DNA of 48,835 bases from Gemmatimonas sp. (GCA_031414535.1 JANNVQ010000031.1:1-48835); one strand, 5' to 3'; shown: positions 18,219 through 28,697, numbered from the stretch's first letter. Program-made: numbers and translations. The notes: a model not told the origin generated them from the sequence alone.

Positions 18219-20531
18219 TCATCCCGACTTGGCCTTGCGGTCAATCAGCGCGTGGATGCGCGCCGAGAGCGCGCGGGCGCGGAAGGGCTTGGTGAGATAG
18301 TCACTAGCCCCGTACTCAAAGACGCGGACCTCACTGTCTTCATCGCCCTTTGCGGTGAGCACAATGACGGGCAGCTTGGCCGTGGCCGGGCGGGCGCGCA
18401 GGTGGCTCAACACGCCGTAGCCATCGAGGCGCGGGAGGTTGAGGTCGAGCACCACGAGGTCCGGCGCGAGGCGATCTACTTCGTCGAGCGCGATGACGCC
18501 ATCGCCGGCCTCGAAGACGACGAAGCCTTCACGCTCCAGCAGATCCTTCATCACGCGACGCAGCGCTTCTTCGTCCTCGACCAGCAACACGCGCTTGGCG
18601 GCGGGCCGCTTGGCCACGGCATCGCCGACGAGTTCGAATGAATCGGCGCTGAAGGTGTTGGGCACCGCGTGGCGGGTGCCTGAGCGCCGCGCTTTCGCCG
18701 TCGGCGCAGAGGGACCGTCTTCGTCGTCAATGAGCGGGTTAGCGACGCTCGACGCACGAATGGTCGTATTGGACTGCGGCGAGAGCGTATTCACCTCATC
18801 CGTATTGACGCGGGGGACCGAACCGCTCCTGCTATTGTTCTCCTGCGGCGCCTCGAGCACGCGCAGCAGTTCCTCGATGGTGGTCTCGCCCTTTTTGACG
18901 TGTGCGACGGCCGATTCCCAGAGCGAACGCATGCCGCCTTCCTTGGCGGCGTCGTTAATGCGGTCCACGCTCTCGTTGCCCGCAATTCGGCGCTCGACTT
19001 CCTCGGTGACCTGCAGCACTTCCTCGATGGCGAGACGGCCGCGGTAGCCCGTCATGGCGCACTCGGGGCAACCGACGCCGCGGTACAGCGTGCCCTGTTC
19101 AGGGAAGTACTTTTGCATGCGATCCGGCACCTGGCCCACAGCGAGTTCGCGGCAGGTATTGCAGAGGCGACGCATGAGGCGCTGCGCCACGACGCCCTTC
19201 AAGGCGGCGGCAATTTTGTAGCTCTCGATGCCGATGTCCACCAAGCGCGTCACCGAGCTGGCGGCGTCATTGGTGTGCAGCGTGGAGAGCACCAAGTGGC
19301 CCGTAAGCGAGGCCTGAATGGCGATGTTGGCGGTTTCCTTGTCGCGGATTTCGCCGACGAGGATGACGTCGGGGTCCTGACGGAGGATTGAACGCAGCGC
19401 CGCTGGGAAGGTGAGTCCGGCCTTCTCGTTCACCTGCACCTGCACGATGCCCTGCAGGCGATACTCCACCGGATCTTCGACCGTGACGATGTTCACGCCG
19501 CGGCCCTGCACCGTGCGCAGCATGGAGTAGAGCGTGGTGGTCTTGCCGGAACCGGTGGGGCCGGTGACGAGCACGATGCCTTCGCGCGCCTGCAGCAATT
19601 CCATAATTCTCGTATGCTCGTCGGGCAGCAGGCCCAAGGCATCGAGCGACAGAATGGTGCTGCGCTGGTCGAGCACACGGATGACGACCTTTTCGCCCTG
19701 CGAGGCCGGTAGCGTCGAGACACGCAGGTCCACGCGATTGCCCGAGATGGCCACGCGCGCGCGACCGTCCTGGGGGCGCAAGCGATCGGCGATGTCGAGC
19801 TGGGCCATAATCTTGATGCGGCTCACCAGCGGGATGCCGGCGGCCTTGGGCAGCACCATGGCCTGCCGCAGCACACCGTCAATGCGGTAGCGCACGGCCA
19901 CGCCCGACTCCTCAGGCTCCAAGTGGATGTCCGAGCAGCGGCTCTGGATGCCTTCGGCGATGATGCGGTCCACCAGCTGGATGACAGGACGCTCGCCCGC
20001 GCGGGCGGCGCTGATATCGAGATCGGCGTCCTCGGCCGACTCGTCTACCGTCTCCACGTCGTAGGTGCCTTCTACGCGCTCGAGAATCTTCTCGAAGACG
20101 TTCTCGGGCCGATACACCTCTTCAATGCGATCGCTGATGCGGCGCGGCGCGGCGATGCTCATGCGCACTGATCGGCCCAACGCGAAGGCCAGCGTGCGCT
20201 CGCAGTCGAGGTCGAGCGGATCGGATGTAGCGATGTCGAGCGTGGAGTCCGAGATGGCGAGCGGCAGGATGCGGAACTTGCGGGCCAATGCCTCAGGCAC
20301 GAGCTCACGCGCCTGCTGCGAGACGGTATTCACGTCGCCCACGCGGAAGCGAAAGCGGGCCGCCACGGCCTGCACGATGGCGTCGTCCGTGAGCCAGCCG
20401 CGCCGGACCGTGTCTTCCCAAAGACTTTCGGGAGGTGCGGCCTTAAGTCCCGAGATCTGCTCCGCTGTCAGGAGCCCCTCAAGGGTTGCCCACATCCACT
20501 CGTCGCGAGTCGGCTTGGCGCTACTGCCCAT
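18219..20531 (-). CDS. GspE/PilB-type secretion ATPase fused to a C-terminal receiver (REC) domain
   Basis: SDIHLEP, GPTGSGKT, EDPVEY, RQDPDVILVGEIRD, STLHTN, CxxC...CxxC; C-terminal LLVEDE / LDLNLPRLDG / LTAK / KPF; SD gaggag. Confidence 0.93.
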   Translation of the reverse strand: MGSSAKPTRDEWMWATLEGLLTAEQISGLKAAPPESLWEDTVRRGWLTDDAIVQAVAARFRFRVGDVNTVSQQARELVPEALARKFRILPLAISDSTLDIATSDPLDLDCERTLAFALGRSVRMSIAAPRRISDRIEEVYRPENVFEKILERVEGTYDVETVDESAEDADLDISAARAGERPVIQLVDRIIAEGIQSRCSDIHLEPEESGVAVRYRIDGVLRQAMVLPKAAGIPLVSRIKIMAQLDIADRLRPQDGRARVAISGNRVDLRVSTLPASQGEKVVIRVLDQRSTILSLDALGLLPDEHTRIMELLQAREGIVLVTGPTGSGKTTTLYSMLRTVQGRGVNIVTVEDPVEYRLQGIVQVQVNEKAGLTFPAALRSILRQDPDVILVGEIRDKETANIAIQASLTGHLVLSTLHTNDAASSVTRLVDIGIESYKIAAALKGVVAQRLMRRLCNTCRELAVGQVPDRMQKYFPEQGTLYRGVGCPECAMTGYRGRLAIEEVLQVTEEVERRIAGNESVDRINDAAKEGGMRSLWESAVAHVKKGETTIEELLRVLEAPQENNSRSGSVPRVNTDEVNTLSPQSNTTIRASSVANPLIDDEDGPSAPTAKARRSGTRHAVPNTFSADSFELVGDAVAKRPAAKRVLLVEDEEALRRVMKDLLEREGFVVFEAGDGVIALDEVDRLAPDLVVLDLNLPRLDGYGVLSHLRARPATAKLPVIVLTAKGDEDSEVRVFEYGASDYLTKPFRARALSARIHALIDRKAKSG

Positions 20532-20627
20532 CCACACTCCTCAGAAAATTCACTGCTCCAGTAACCTCACAAAGATACCGCGTGGCGCGCCTTGGGCTAG
20601 CATCTGGAGACTGCATTGGGTGGCCGT

Positions 20628-22730
20628 TTACATCACCGGCCACAGCGTACGGCTTAAGTCCAGCGAAAACATCCAGCGACCATCGCGAAGGCCCCGTGCC
20701 ACATCCACCCGAACGATGTCGAAGAAGCCAATCACTCCAAGACCGACCGCTGGGTACCAACCATCGTCACCAGCGGGGCCAGTTGCTCCCGGTCCGCCCA
20801 CCCACGCTCCATGAACGAAAGGCGCCAGAACCAGAGTTCCAGGCACTCGCCCAAAGCGGCCCAAGTTCATGGGAACAAACGGGATACGCCGCTGGAGTTC
20901 CAATCGTTGGCTGAGGCCCTGCCGGCCCACCATTGCATGAAAATTGTACCCCGGCGCCGATTGTGGGCCGCCAAACAGCACCGCGTCCTGCGCCGGCTGG
21001 GCCCCACCGGAAAGGACCGCTGCGATGGTCCTGGATCGGAGCCGGAGAACGCCCACTGAGCCCGTGAACTCCGCGTCCACCGACGCGCGGAAATTGCGTC
21101 CGCCCGCGCTACCATCGCGGGGTGCCCAATCGCTGCCCACGAGCCGAGCGGAGAAGCGCCGCTCGCCCGTGGCATTGCCCAGCTCAAGACCCAGCGCGAG
21201 TGCACGACGCTCGAGTGGAAGCGCAGGGAAGCTAGGCTCGAAGCTTCCGTAGGCAGTCTGGGCGCGCACCACGAGCGCACGCTCATCCTGCAGACTGGCC
21301 TCCATCCAGAGGCGTGGTGCATCCGGTGGGGCGCGCTGCAGTCGCAGGGAGCCGCCGACGACACCGATGGGCTGAGTCCAATCGCTACCAAACTCCTGCG
21401 CGGCAATGGAATTCCGCAGTCCACTCAACTCGGGCACCTCGCCCAGTTGCTGCCAATCGTCGAAGCCCGTGGCCGTGACGCTGAGCCCCGAAACGCGTTG
21501 CCAGCCGAAGCTGCCGCGACCTTTCCATCGTGAGTCTGCGGTTCCGTAGCGGCCGATGACGGCCGTGCTGAAGCCGGCGCCGAGTTTTTGCGAGAGGCCG
21601 GCCCCAAGCGCGAGACCCTCAACACGATCGGACCGGACGAAGTCCGAGATGCGGCGCGCCGCGAGATTGCTGCTGCGGGCGCGGCGCAGCGCCGACTCCT
21701 GCACGAGCCGACGCGCTTCTTCCTGCACCGCGCGTACTTCGTCGGCGTCGAGGGCCCGCACGTCTTCTGGCAAGGACGCGAGAATGTCGCCCGTGAAGGA
21801 GGGATGCTGGCGAAGCTGCTCGCGCGTGCCGGCGTCCACGATCTCTTGACCCGCAAAGACCGGAGAGGCGAGCGAACGATTGGTCTCGACGCAGCAGATT
21901 TCCCAGCGGCCGCGAATGATGCCCTTGGCGGGGAAGTCCATCCAGCTCGCGGAGCGCCGAATCTCAATTTCCTGGCGACGCGGCAACCAGAAGCGTCCGT
22001 TGACGAGCCCGTTCTCGAGGATGATGGAGACGTCCTCAAGTTGGCGGTCGCGTAGCGCGGCACGCGTGAACGAGAAGGTCATGCGGACCACGTTGCCGCT
22101 CGCGCGGTCGAGGTACACGGCCCCAACGGCCGCGGGACGCAGCGGATTCTTGGGGCGCACGCTGACCATCATCACGTCGAGGTTTACACCGCTGCCGCGG
22201 ATGGCCAGCGAGTCAGCGAGGGCGTAGTCGTAGGTCTCGGGCCCCCGCGGGCTCAAGGGGTGGACGACGTCCATCACTTCATCGCCATCGCCGAGGCGGA
22301 TAATGTCGGCGAAATTGTTTTGGATGATGCCGAGGTGGTCGCGATGGTACTGCATGTCGCTGGGAAACAGCAGGGTGTCGCGGCGCCCGACGATGCTTTG
22401 CTTGCTGCGGTCTGGCGCGCCCCAATAAACTTCGAGTTCCAGTTGGTCCGCTTTGACGACGACGGGGCGCGAGAAGGCGCCGTCGCCGAACTGGGCGAGG
22501 AAGGTGACGGTGCCGGTGGCGCGGGCAGAGTAGTCGCGAAGGCCGGTGTCGGCGAGTTGCAGGGAGCGCAGGCGCGTGGCGGATCGGACGAGATCCATGG
22601 TGCGCTCGTCGTTCCATGTACTTTGAGCGCCAAGCGGAGCCACGACAATCACCGACGCGGCGAGCACCGAGGCAGCGAGCACGAACACGGCGGACGCGAT
22701 CGCGGCAAGGGCCGCGCGCAGAGTGGGCAT
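20628..22730 (-). CDS. Exported, probably outer-membrane beta-barrel, hypothetical protein
   Basis: Signal peptide MPTLRAALAA...; C-terminal amphipathic beta strands with aromatic residues; start trimmed to avoid overlap with trpE. Confidence 0.65.
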   Translation of the reverse strand: MPTLRAALAAIASAVFVLAASVLAASVIVVAPLGAQSTWNDERTMDLVRSATRLRSLQLADTGLRDYSARATGTVTFLAQFGDGAFSRPVVVKADQLELEVYWGAPDRSKQSIVGRRDTLLFPSDMQYHRDHLGIIQNNFADIIRLGDGDEVMDVVHPLSPRGPETYDYALADSLAIRGSGVNLDVMMVSVRPKNPLRPAAVGAVYLDRASGNVVRMTFSFTRAALRDRQLEDVSIILENGLVNGRFWLPRRQEIEIRRSASWMDFPAKGIIRGRWEICCVETNRSLASPVFAGQEIVDAGTREQLRQHPSFTGDILASLPEDVRALDADEVRAVQEEARRLVQESALRRARSSNLAARRISDFVRSDRVEGLALGAGLSQKLGAGFSTAVIGRYGTADSRWKGRGSFGWQRVSGLSVTATGFDDWQQLGEVPELSGLRNSIAAQEFGSDWTQPIGVVGGSLRLQRAPPDAPRLWMEASLQDERALVVRAQTAYGSFEPSFPALPLERRALALGLELGNATGERRFSARLVGSDWAPRDGSAGGRNFRASVDAEFTGSVGVLRLRSRTIAAVLSGGAQPAQDAVLFGGPQSAPGYNFHAMVGRQGLSQRLELQRRIPFVPMNLGRFGRVPGTLVLAPFVHGAWVGGPGATGPAGDDGWYPAVGLGVIGFFDIVRVDVARGLRDGRWMFSLDLSRTLWPVM

Positions 22731-22751
22731 ACGACTAAGATCGCGGGGCGG

Positions 22752-24245
22752 ATGACGGCGTACAACCAGCAGTTTGCAGAGCGTGCGCGTGCCGGCGGAC
22801 TCGTGCCGGTGTGGCGAGACACGCTGCTCGACGGCGACACGGCGGTGGGCGCGTTTCACAAGCTGCGCGAGGGTCCCTTCGCCTTCTTGTTGGAGTCCGC
22901 ACCCGCAGGCTCCGAGACCTGGGCGCGCTATTCGTTTTTCGGCAGCGCACCCCGCGGGGCTTGGCGCCTCACGGATGGCGTGGTTGAGGATTGGTCGCCG
23001 AGTGCCGGATGGCATAGCGCGCGGCGACCCGAGGACCCGTTCGCCGACCTGCGCGGCGTTCTTACGAAGCACGCCCCATCCGAGGCGCCAGAGCTCGGCT
23101 CATTCTGGGGTGGCGCCGTGGGCTTCTTCAGCTACGATGTGGTGCGCCACATTGAGCGGCTCCCCGACGCCCCGCCGCGCGGCATTCCCTGCCCCGATGC
23201 CCTGTTCCTGCTCACTGGCACGGTGGTCATCGTGGACAATCTCAAGGCACAAGCGCGCGTGGTGGCAAGCGTCGTGTTGCCGCCGGATCCTGACGAGGCG
23301 GCGATTGCCCACGCATGGGCGGAGGGACAGCGGGAGATTGACGCGACGATTGCGCGGATGCGCTCGGGGGCATCGCTGCCGCCGCTGGAACTCAATGCCG
23401 CAGCCACCCCCGCCGTGGGTGTGAGCAACTTCACTCGCGAGCGCTTCCTTGAGGGCGTTGCGCGCATCAAGGAGCACATTCTCGCCGGCGATGTATTTCA
23501 GTGCCTACTCGCGCGCCGCATCAGTGTGCCACGGGACTTTGACGGGACCTCGCTGTACAGGGCCATCCGCGTGCTCAATCCCTCGCCGTACATGTTCCAT
23601 CTTGTACTCGAGGACCTCGAACTGGTGGGCAGTTCGCCGGAACTACTGGTGCGCGTGGCCGACGGCAAAGTGGTGGTACGTCCCATTGCGGGGACTCGCC
23701 CCCGTGGGCTCACCCCCGAGGAGGATGCGGAGCGCGCGGCGGACTTGCTGGCGGACCCGAAGGAGCGCGCGGAACATATCATGCTCGTGGACTTGGGCCG
23801 CAACGATGTGGGTCGTGTGGCCAAGTACGGCAGCGTGAAGGTGCCCGACCTGATGGTAGTGGAGCGCTACTCGCACGTGTTGCACCTGGTGAGCTCAGTG
23901 GAGGGACTGCTGCGCGACGCAAGCTCGTCACTGGCGACTTTCAAGGCAGTGTTCCCGGCCGGGACGATGACCGGCGCGCCGAAGGTACGCGCGATGGAGA
24001 TTATTGACGCGCTGGAGCCGGAGCGGCGCGGCCCTTATGCGGGTGCCGTGGGCCACATCGGCTGGGGCGACCGTCGGATGGATCTCTGCATCACAATCCG
24101 CACCTGCGTGCTGGCCGGCGACTCCGCCAACGTGCAAGCGGGTGCGGGCATCGTGGCCGACTCAGACCCGGCATCCGAATGGGCCGAGACCGAAGCAAAA
24201 GCGCGGGCGATGCTGACGGCGATAGGGCGTGTGCGCCATATTTAA
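22752..24245 (+). CDS. trpE: Anthranilate synthase component I
   Basis: LLES, NPSPYM, GSSPELL, PIAGTRPRG, KERAEHIMLVDLGRND, GAPKVRAM, QAGAGIVADS motifs. PabB-like function not fully excluded. Confidence 0.88.
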   Translation: MTAYNQQFAERARAGGLVPVWRDTLLDGDTAVGAFHKLREGPFAFLLESAPAGSETWARYSFFGSAPRGAWRLTDGVVEDWSPSAGWHSARRPEDPFADLRGVLTKHAPSEAPELGSFWGGAVGFFSYDVVRHIERLPDAPPRGIPCPDALFLLTGTVVIVDNLKAQARVVASVVLPPDPDEAAIAHAWAEGQREIDATIARMRSGASLPPLELNAAATPAVGVSNFTRERFLEGVARIKEHILAGDVFQCLLARRISVPRDFDGTSLYRAIRVLNPSPYMFHLVLEDLELVGSSPELLVRVADGKVVVRPIAGTRPRGLTPEEDAERAADLLADPKERAEHIMLVDLGRNDVGRVAKYGSVKVPDLMVVERYSHVLHLVSSVEGLLRDASSSLATFKAVFPAGTMTGAPKVRAMEIIDALEPERRGPYAGAVGHIGWGDRRMDLCITIRTCVLAGDSANVQAGAGIVADSDPASEWAETEAKARAMLTAIGRVRHI

Positions 24246-24248
24246 CGT

Positions 24249-25835
24249 ATGCATTTCCGTCTAATCGGCGTCGGAAACGACTTCAACTTTGAGCTCAAGG
24301 GTGTCGGCCCCCACATCGTGGGACGCGCCGTCAACAGCGAGTGCCCGGTGGTGGACCCCACCGTGTCACGCAAGCATGCCGAACTGAGGCTCACGGAGAA
24401 CGGCATCGAGATTATCGATGCTGGGTCGAGCAATGGCACGTTCGTGAATGGCGTGCGCATTGATCAGTCGCATGCGGCACCTGGCGCGGAAGTCACGTTC
24501 GGGAAGGTGGTGTTCAAGCTCGAGAAGGTTGAAGCGCCAAAGCCTGCTGCGGTCACCATGCCGCCGGCGCCGCCCAAGCCCGCTGGGGCGACCATCGTCC
24601 GTCAGATTCCGAAGACCGGCGAGCAGAATTCGCTCAGCGGCGAGGGCGGATCGCTCGGCAAGCAACTCGCGGGCCAAGCGGACCCCGCCGAGAAGGACAG
24701 GCGCAAGCTCGCCATCCTGCTCGAAGTCGCGAAGGGCCTTACGAAGGCCACCGATGTGCACGGCTTGTTGGTGAAGATTGCAGAGTATGCGTTTCAGACT
24801 CTCGAAGCGGACCGCTGCGCGATTCTTCTAATGGATCGCGACGGGCATCTGCACCCGCAGATCTCGCGCGACCGCCGAGGCGCCGCAGCGAGTGGTGAGA
24901 TTCCGCAGTCCATCGCACTGCAGGCCACGTCGGAGAAGGTCGCCATCCTCACGGACGACGCCGGCGGTGACCAGCGCTTCACGGGCCAGTCCATTGTGTT
25001 GCAGAAGGTGCGCTCTGCGATGTGCGTGCCGCTGCTGGGCTCGGAGAACAAGGCGCTGGGCGTGATCTACGTGGACAACTTCTCGCTCAGGCGCTTTGGC
25101 GAGACGGACCTCGACTTCTTGATTGCCTTCTCCGGCATTGCCGCGGTAGCGCTCGAGAACGGACAGTTCGCCGAACGCATTAAGGCGGAGATGCTGGCAC
25201 GCAGCAACTTCGAGCGCTTCTTCACCCCGCATCTTGCCGCACGCATCGCCAGCAGCCCAGACGCAGTGAAGCTCGGCGGCGACAAGCGTCGCGTGGCGAT
25301 TCTGTTCTCTGACATCCGCGGCTTCACGGCGCTGTCGGAGACGATGAGCGCGGAGGCCATGGCGCGCTTGCTCACCGAGTACTTCACCGAGATGGTGGAG
25401 TGCGTGTTTAGACACGGCGGCACGCTCGACAAATTCATCGGCGACGCGGTGATGGCGCAGTGGGGCGCGCCGATCGGCGAGCCCGACGATTGCGACCGTG
25501 CGATGTCGGCGGCGATGGACATGATGGCGGAACTGGACCGCCTCAATGCGCGCTGGGTCGCGGAGAACCGCCCCACGCTTGGCATTGGCATTGGGTTGAA
25601 CGTGGGCGAAGTGTTTGCTGGCAACATCGGATCAGATCGCCGTCTAGAGTACACCGTGATTGGTGACCCGGTGAACACCTCGAGTCGTCTCTGCGGCGCG
25701 GCCGCGGCCGGTGAAATTCTCATCTCCGATGATTTCCGCAACGCGCTCGGCAGTCCGCCGCCGCTTGAGGCGTTGCCGCCGATGGAACTCAAGGGCAAGA
25801 GCCAAGCGCTTCCCGTCTTCCGCATCCGGCGTTGA
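24249..25835 (+). CDS. FHA-GAF-class III adenylate cyclase
   Basis: GR...SRKH...SSNGTFVNG (FHA); RSAMCVPL..GVIYVD (GAF); FSDIRGFT, DKFIGDAVM, YTVIGDPVNTSSRL (cyclase). Confidence 0.93.
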   Translation: MHFRLIGVGNDFNFELKGVGPHIVGRAVNSECPVVDPTVSRKHAELRLTENGIEIIDAGSSNGTFVNGVRIDQSHAAPGAEVTFGKVVFKLEKVEAPKPAAVTMPPAPPKPAGATIVRQIPKTGEQNSLSGEGGSLGKQLAGQADPAEKDRRKLAILLEVAKGLTKATDVHGLLVKIAEYAFQTLEADRCAILLMDRDGHLHPQISRDRRGAAASGEIPQSIALQATSEKVAILTDDAGGDQRFTGQSIVLQKVRSAMCVPLLGSENKALGVIYVDNFSLRRFGETDLDFLIAFSGIAAVALENGQFAERIKAEMLARSNFERFFTPHLAARIASSPDAVKLGGDKRRVAILFSDIRGFTALSETMSAEAMARLLTEYFTEMVECVFRHGGTLDKFIGDAVMAQWGAPIGEPDDCDRAMSAAMDMMAELDRLNARWVAENRPTLGIGIGLNVGEVFAGNIGSDRRLEYTVIGDPVNTSSRLCGAAAAGEILISDDFRNALGSPPPLEALPPMELKGKSQALPVFRIRR

Positions 25836-26599
25836 GCGAAGCAGGTCCCGCCGCACCGCCAGGCTACACGCGCCTCGTGGTTCGCGATGCGACCGTGGTG
25901 GCGCGGCACGATGCCGTGGTGGGAGTGGAAGACGCGCTCAAGGAGACGCGCACGCTGCACGGCTGGGCGAGCACCGTGCCCAGTGCGCGGGCCTTTCAGG
26001 GTCGCGCTACCGCTTGGGGCACTACTCTTCCACGCGGCGGTCCGGCGGTGGTCGTGCGCCACGCGCGGCACGGTGGCTTTTTTGCCGCTCTGACTGGAGA
26101 TCGTTTCTTGTGGCCGGGTCGTGCGCCCTGGGAACTTGAGGCCTCGGAACGGCTACGCTCTGCCGGTGTCCCGACGCCCGCAGTGGTGGCCTACGCGCTG
26201 TATCCCGCTGGGCCAGGCTTCTGCCGCTGCGATGTGGCCACGGCACGACTGCCCGATGGCGGGGATTTGCCTATGCTCTGGGCCGACGCCGACGCGGCGT
26301 CTCGTGATGCGATGCTTACCGCCACGGCGGCGTTAGTGCGAGCACTCGGCTTGGTGAACGCGCATCACGAGGACTTGAACGCCAAGAACGTGTACTTGGT
26401 GCGCGAAGGCCAAGGCTGGCGTGCGTATGCGCTGGATGTGGATCGCGTGCGCTTCCTCGCGCCAGGAGATGGCCGTGCCGCGGAGCTCAATCTTGCACGG
26501 CTCGAACGCTCGCTCAAAAAGGGGCGCCAACAATTTGGCCTCGTAGTAAGCGATGACGATTTGCGCGCGCTCCAACGGCGCGCACTCGGCGCACTATGA
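25832..26599 (+). CDS. Lipopolysaccharide kinase, KdkA/InaA (Kdo kinase-like) family
   Basis: VVRH..HGG, HEDLNAKNV, ALDVDR, NLARLERS motifs; next to GT9 genes. Confidence 0.82.
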   Translation: MSEAGPAAPPGYTRLVVRDATVVARHDAVVGVEDALKETRTLHGWASTVPSARAFQGRATAWGTTLPRGGPAVVVRHARHGGFFAALTGDRFLWPGRAPWELEASERLRSAGVPTPAVVAYALYPAGPGFCRCDVATARLPDGGDLPMLWADADAASRDAMLTATAALVRALGLVNAHHEDLNAKNVYLVREGQGWRAYALDVDRVRFLAPGDGRAAELNLARLERSLKKGRQQFGLVVSDDDLRALQRRALGAL

Positions 26600-27633
26600 C
26601 GCTCAACGTGGCGATGGACCGCACCGCCATCGTGATGATGTCCGCGGTGGGCGATACGGTGCACGTGCTACCAGTGCTGACGGCGCTCAAGCGACACCGT
26701 CCGACGATGCGCGTGACGTGGCTCCTGCAACCAGGGCCGGCCTCACTCGTACGCGGGCATCCCGATGTGGATGAGATTATTCCCTTTCACTACGGGACGG
26801 GACTGAGCGCGTATACGAATGTGCGGCGCGAGCTGGCAACGCGTGAGTTTGACTTCGTGCTCGCGTTGCAGGTGTCGCTCAAGGCAGGGCTGGTGACGAG
26901 CTTCGTCAACGCGCCAGTGAAACTCGGCTTTGACCGGGCCCGCGCGCGCGACATGAATTGGCTCTTCACCACGCACAAGATTGCGCCAGGTAAACGGCGG
27001 CATGTGCAGGACCAATACTTTGAGTTCTTGGCGCACTTGGGCGTGCCGGTTCAGCCGGTGACGTGGAATCTCGGGCCTTGGGATTCAGAGCGCGGCGCTC
27101 AACAGTCCTTTGTATCTCAGGTCGGAAGGCCCTACGCAGCTATCGTGTGTGGCACGAGCGACGCGGACCGCGATTGGATGCCTGAGCGCTGGGCTGACGT
27201 GTGCGACGCCCTCGACCGTGACTTTGGCTTGCAACCAGTGCTCGTGGGTGGCCCGAGTGAACGCGAGAAGGCAACGGCTACGGCTATCGTGGCGGGATGC
27301 AGGCACGCGAAGCCAATCAATGCACTTGGACACGGCGGCCTGCGTGGCCTTGTTGGAATCCTCGACGCGGCGGAACTCGTGCTCTCGCTGGACACTGCCC
27401 CGCTGCACATGTCTGTGGCGCTTGGCCGCCCGGTGATTGCGCTGATGTCGCAGGCGGACCCCAAGCGCACGGGGCCCTACGGCCGCGGCGATGCGCTGGT
27501 GGTGAATGCGTTTGCGGAGCCTAGCGATCCGCCTGACGAAGTGCTGTGGATGCGTCGCCGCGGACGGATGGGCCGCATCACCGTGGACGACGTGCTGACG
27601 CGAGTGCAACGCTGGCGCGAAGGCGCGCGATGA
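26596..27633 (+). CDS. GT9 heptosyltransferase-family glycosyltransferase
   Basis: SAVGDTVHVLP, GFDRARARD, DTAPLHMSVALG, RTGPY motifs. Confidence 0.92.
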   Translation: MTLNVAMDRTAIVMMSAVGDTVHVLPVLTALKRHRPTMRVTWLLQPGPASLVRGHPDVDEIIPFHYGTGLSAYTNVRRELATREFDFVLALQVSLKAGLVTSFVNAPVKLGFDRARARDMNWLFTTHKIAPGKRRHVQDQYFEFLAHLGVPVQPVTWNLGPWDSERGAQQSFVSQVGRPYAAIVCGTSDADRDWMPERWADVCDALDRDFGLQPVLVGGPSEREKATATAIVAGCRHAKPINALGHGGLRGLVGILDAAELVLSLDTAPLHMSVALGRPVIALMSQADPKRTGPYGRGDALVVNAFAEPSDPPDEVLWMRRRGRMGRITVDDVLTRVQRWREGAR

Positions 27634-28697
27634 GCGCGCCGGTGCTGCGAGATGCCTCGGCGCCGTTTGCTGAGGCCAGGCTCGACCGCGTGCTCATTGT
27701 GATGCTGGCCGCCGTGGGCGACGCCGTGCACGCCTTGCCGGTGGTGAATGCCATCAAGCGCGTGAATCCGAGAGCGCGCATTAGTTGGGTGATGCAGACG
27801 GGGGCGCTCACGCAGTTGCTCACTGGGCATCCGGCGATTGACGATGTGATTCCCTTTGCGCGGAAGGATGGCTGGCGTGGTTTTGCGGCCGTGCGCAGCG
27901 AGCTGCAGAAGCGACAGTTTGATCTTGTGCTCGTGTTGCAGCCGTATTTGAAGAGCGGGATTGTCGCCAGCTTCGCGCCATCGCCCATCCGGCTTGGCTT
28001 TGACCGCGCGCGCGCGCGCGATGCGTCTTGGCTCTTCACTTCGCATCGCATTCCTGCGCGTCCGCTGCAGCACATGCAGGATCAGTATCTAGAATTCTTG
28101 GCGGCACTCGGGGTGCCCTCGCCGCCGCTCGAGTGGAAGATTGGCCCCTGGAACGACGCGGAGCGCGCTTGGCAGACGGCCTTCCTCGCGCGCTTCGAGC
28201 GTCCACTGGCGCCGATTGTGGTGGCCACAAGCAAAGCCGCGAAGGACTGGCCCGCAGAGCGCTGGGCGGAAGTCTGCGACGCGCTGTGGTCTGACTTTGG
28301 TTTACAGCCGCTGCTTGTTGGCGGGCGCAGTCCGCGAGAGGTGGAAGCCGAGCGCGTCATCTTTGAGCGTGCGCGCGTGAAGCCCGCCAGCGCACTTGGC
28401 GAGGGTGGGCTGCGTGGGCTCGCGGCGATCATCGAGAAGTCGGCGCTCGTGCTTTCTCCGGACACGGGGCCACTGCATTTGAGCGTCGCCCTCGGCACAC
28501 CCGCCATCTCGTTGCTCGGCTACACCAATCCCAAACGGGTTGGTCCCTACGGCAAGTTTGCAGACTTGATGATTGACGCGTACGGGGAGCCGGGCGACAA
28601 CTACGCGCCGAGTATGGAAAACCGCCCCGATCGAATGAAGCGCATTACGGTGCAGCAGGTGCTGGAGAAGGTGCAGCTCTGGAAGGACAAGTACTAG
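27630..28697 (+). CDS. GT9 heptosyltransferase-family glycosyltransferase (tandem paralog)
   Basis: AAVGDAVHALP, GFDRARARD, DTGPLHLSVALG, RVGPY motifs; ATGA overlap with the previous gene. Confidence 0.92.
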   Translation: MSAPVLRDASAPFAEARLDRVLIVMLAAVGDAVHALPVVNAIKRVNPRARISWVMQTGALTQLLTGHPAIDDVIPFARKDGWRGFAAVRSELQKRQFDLVLVLQPYLKSGIVASFAPSPIRLGFDRARARDASWLFTSHRIPARPLQHMQDQYLEFLAALGVPSPPLEWKIGPWNDAERAWQTAFLARFERPLAPIVVATSKAAKDWPAERWAEVCDALWSDFGLQPLLVGGRSPREVEAERVIFERARVKPASALGEGGLRGLAAIIEKSALVLSPDTGPLHLSVALGTPAISLLGYTNPKRVGPYGKFADLMIDAYGEPGDNYAPSMENRPDRMKRITVQQVLEKVQLWKDKY

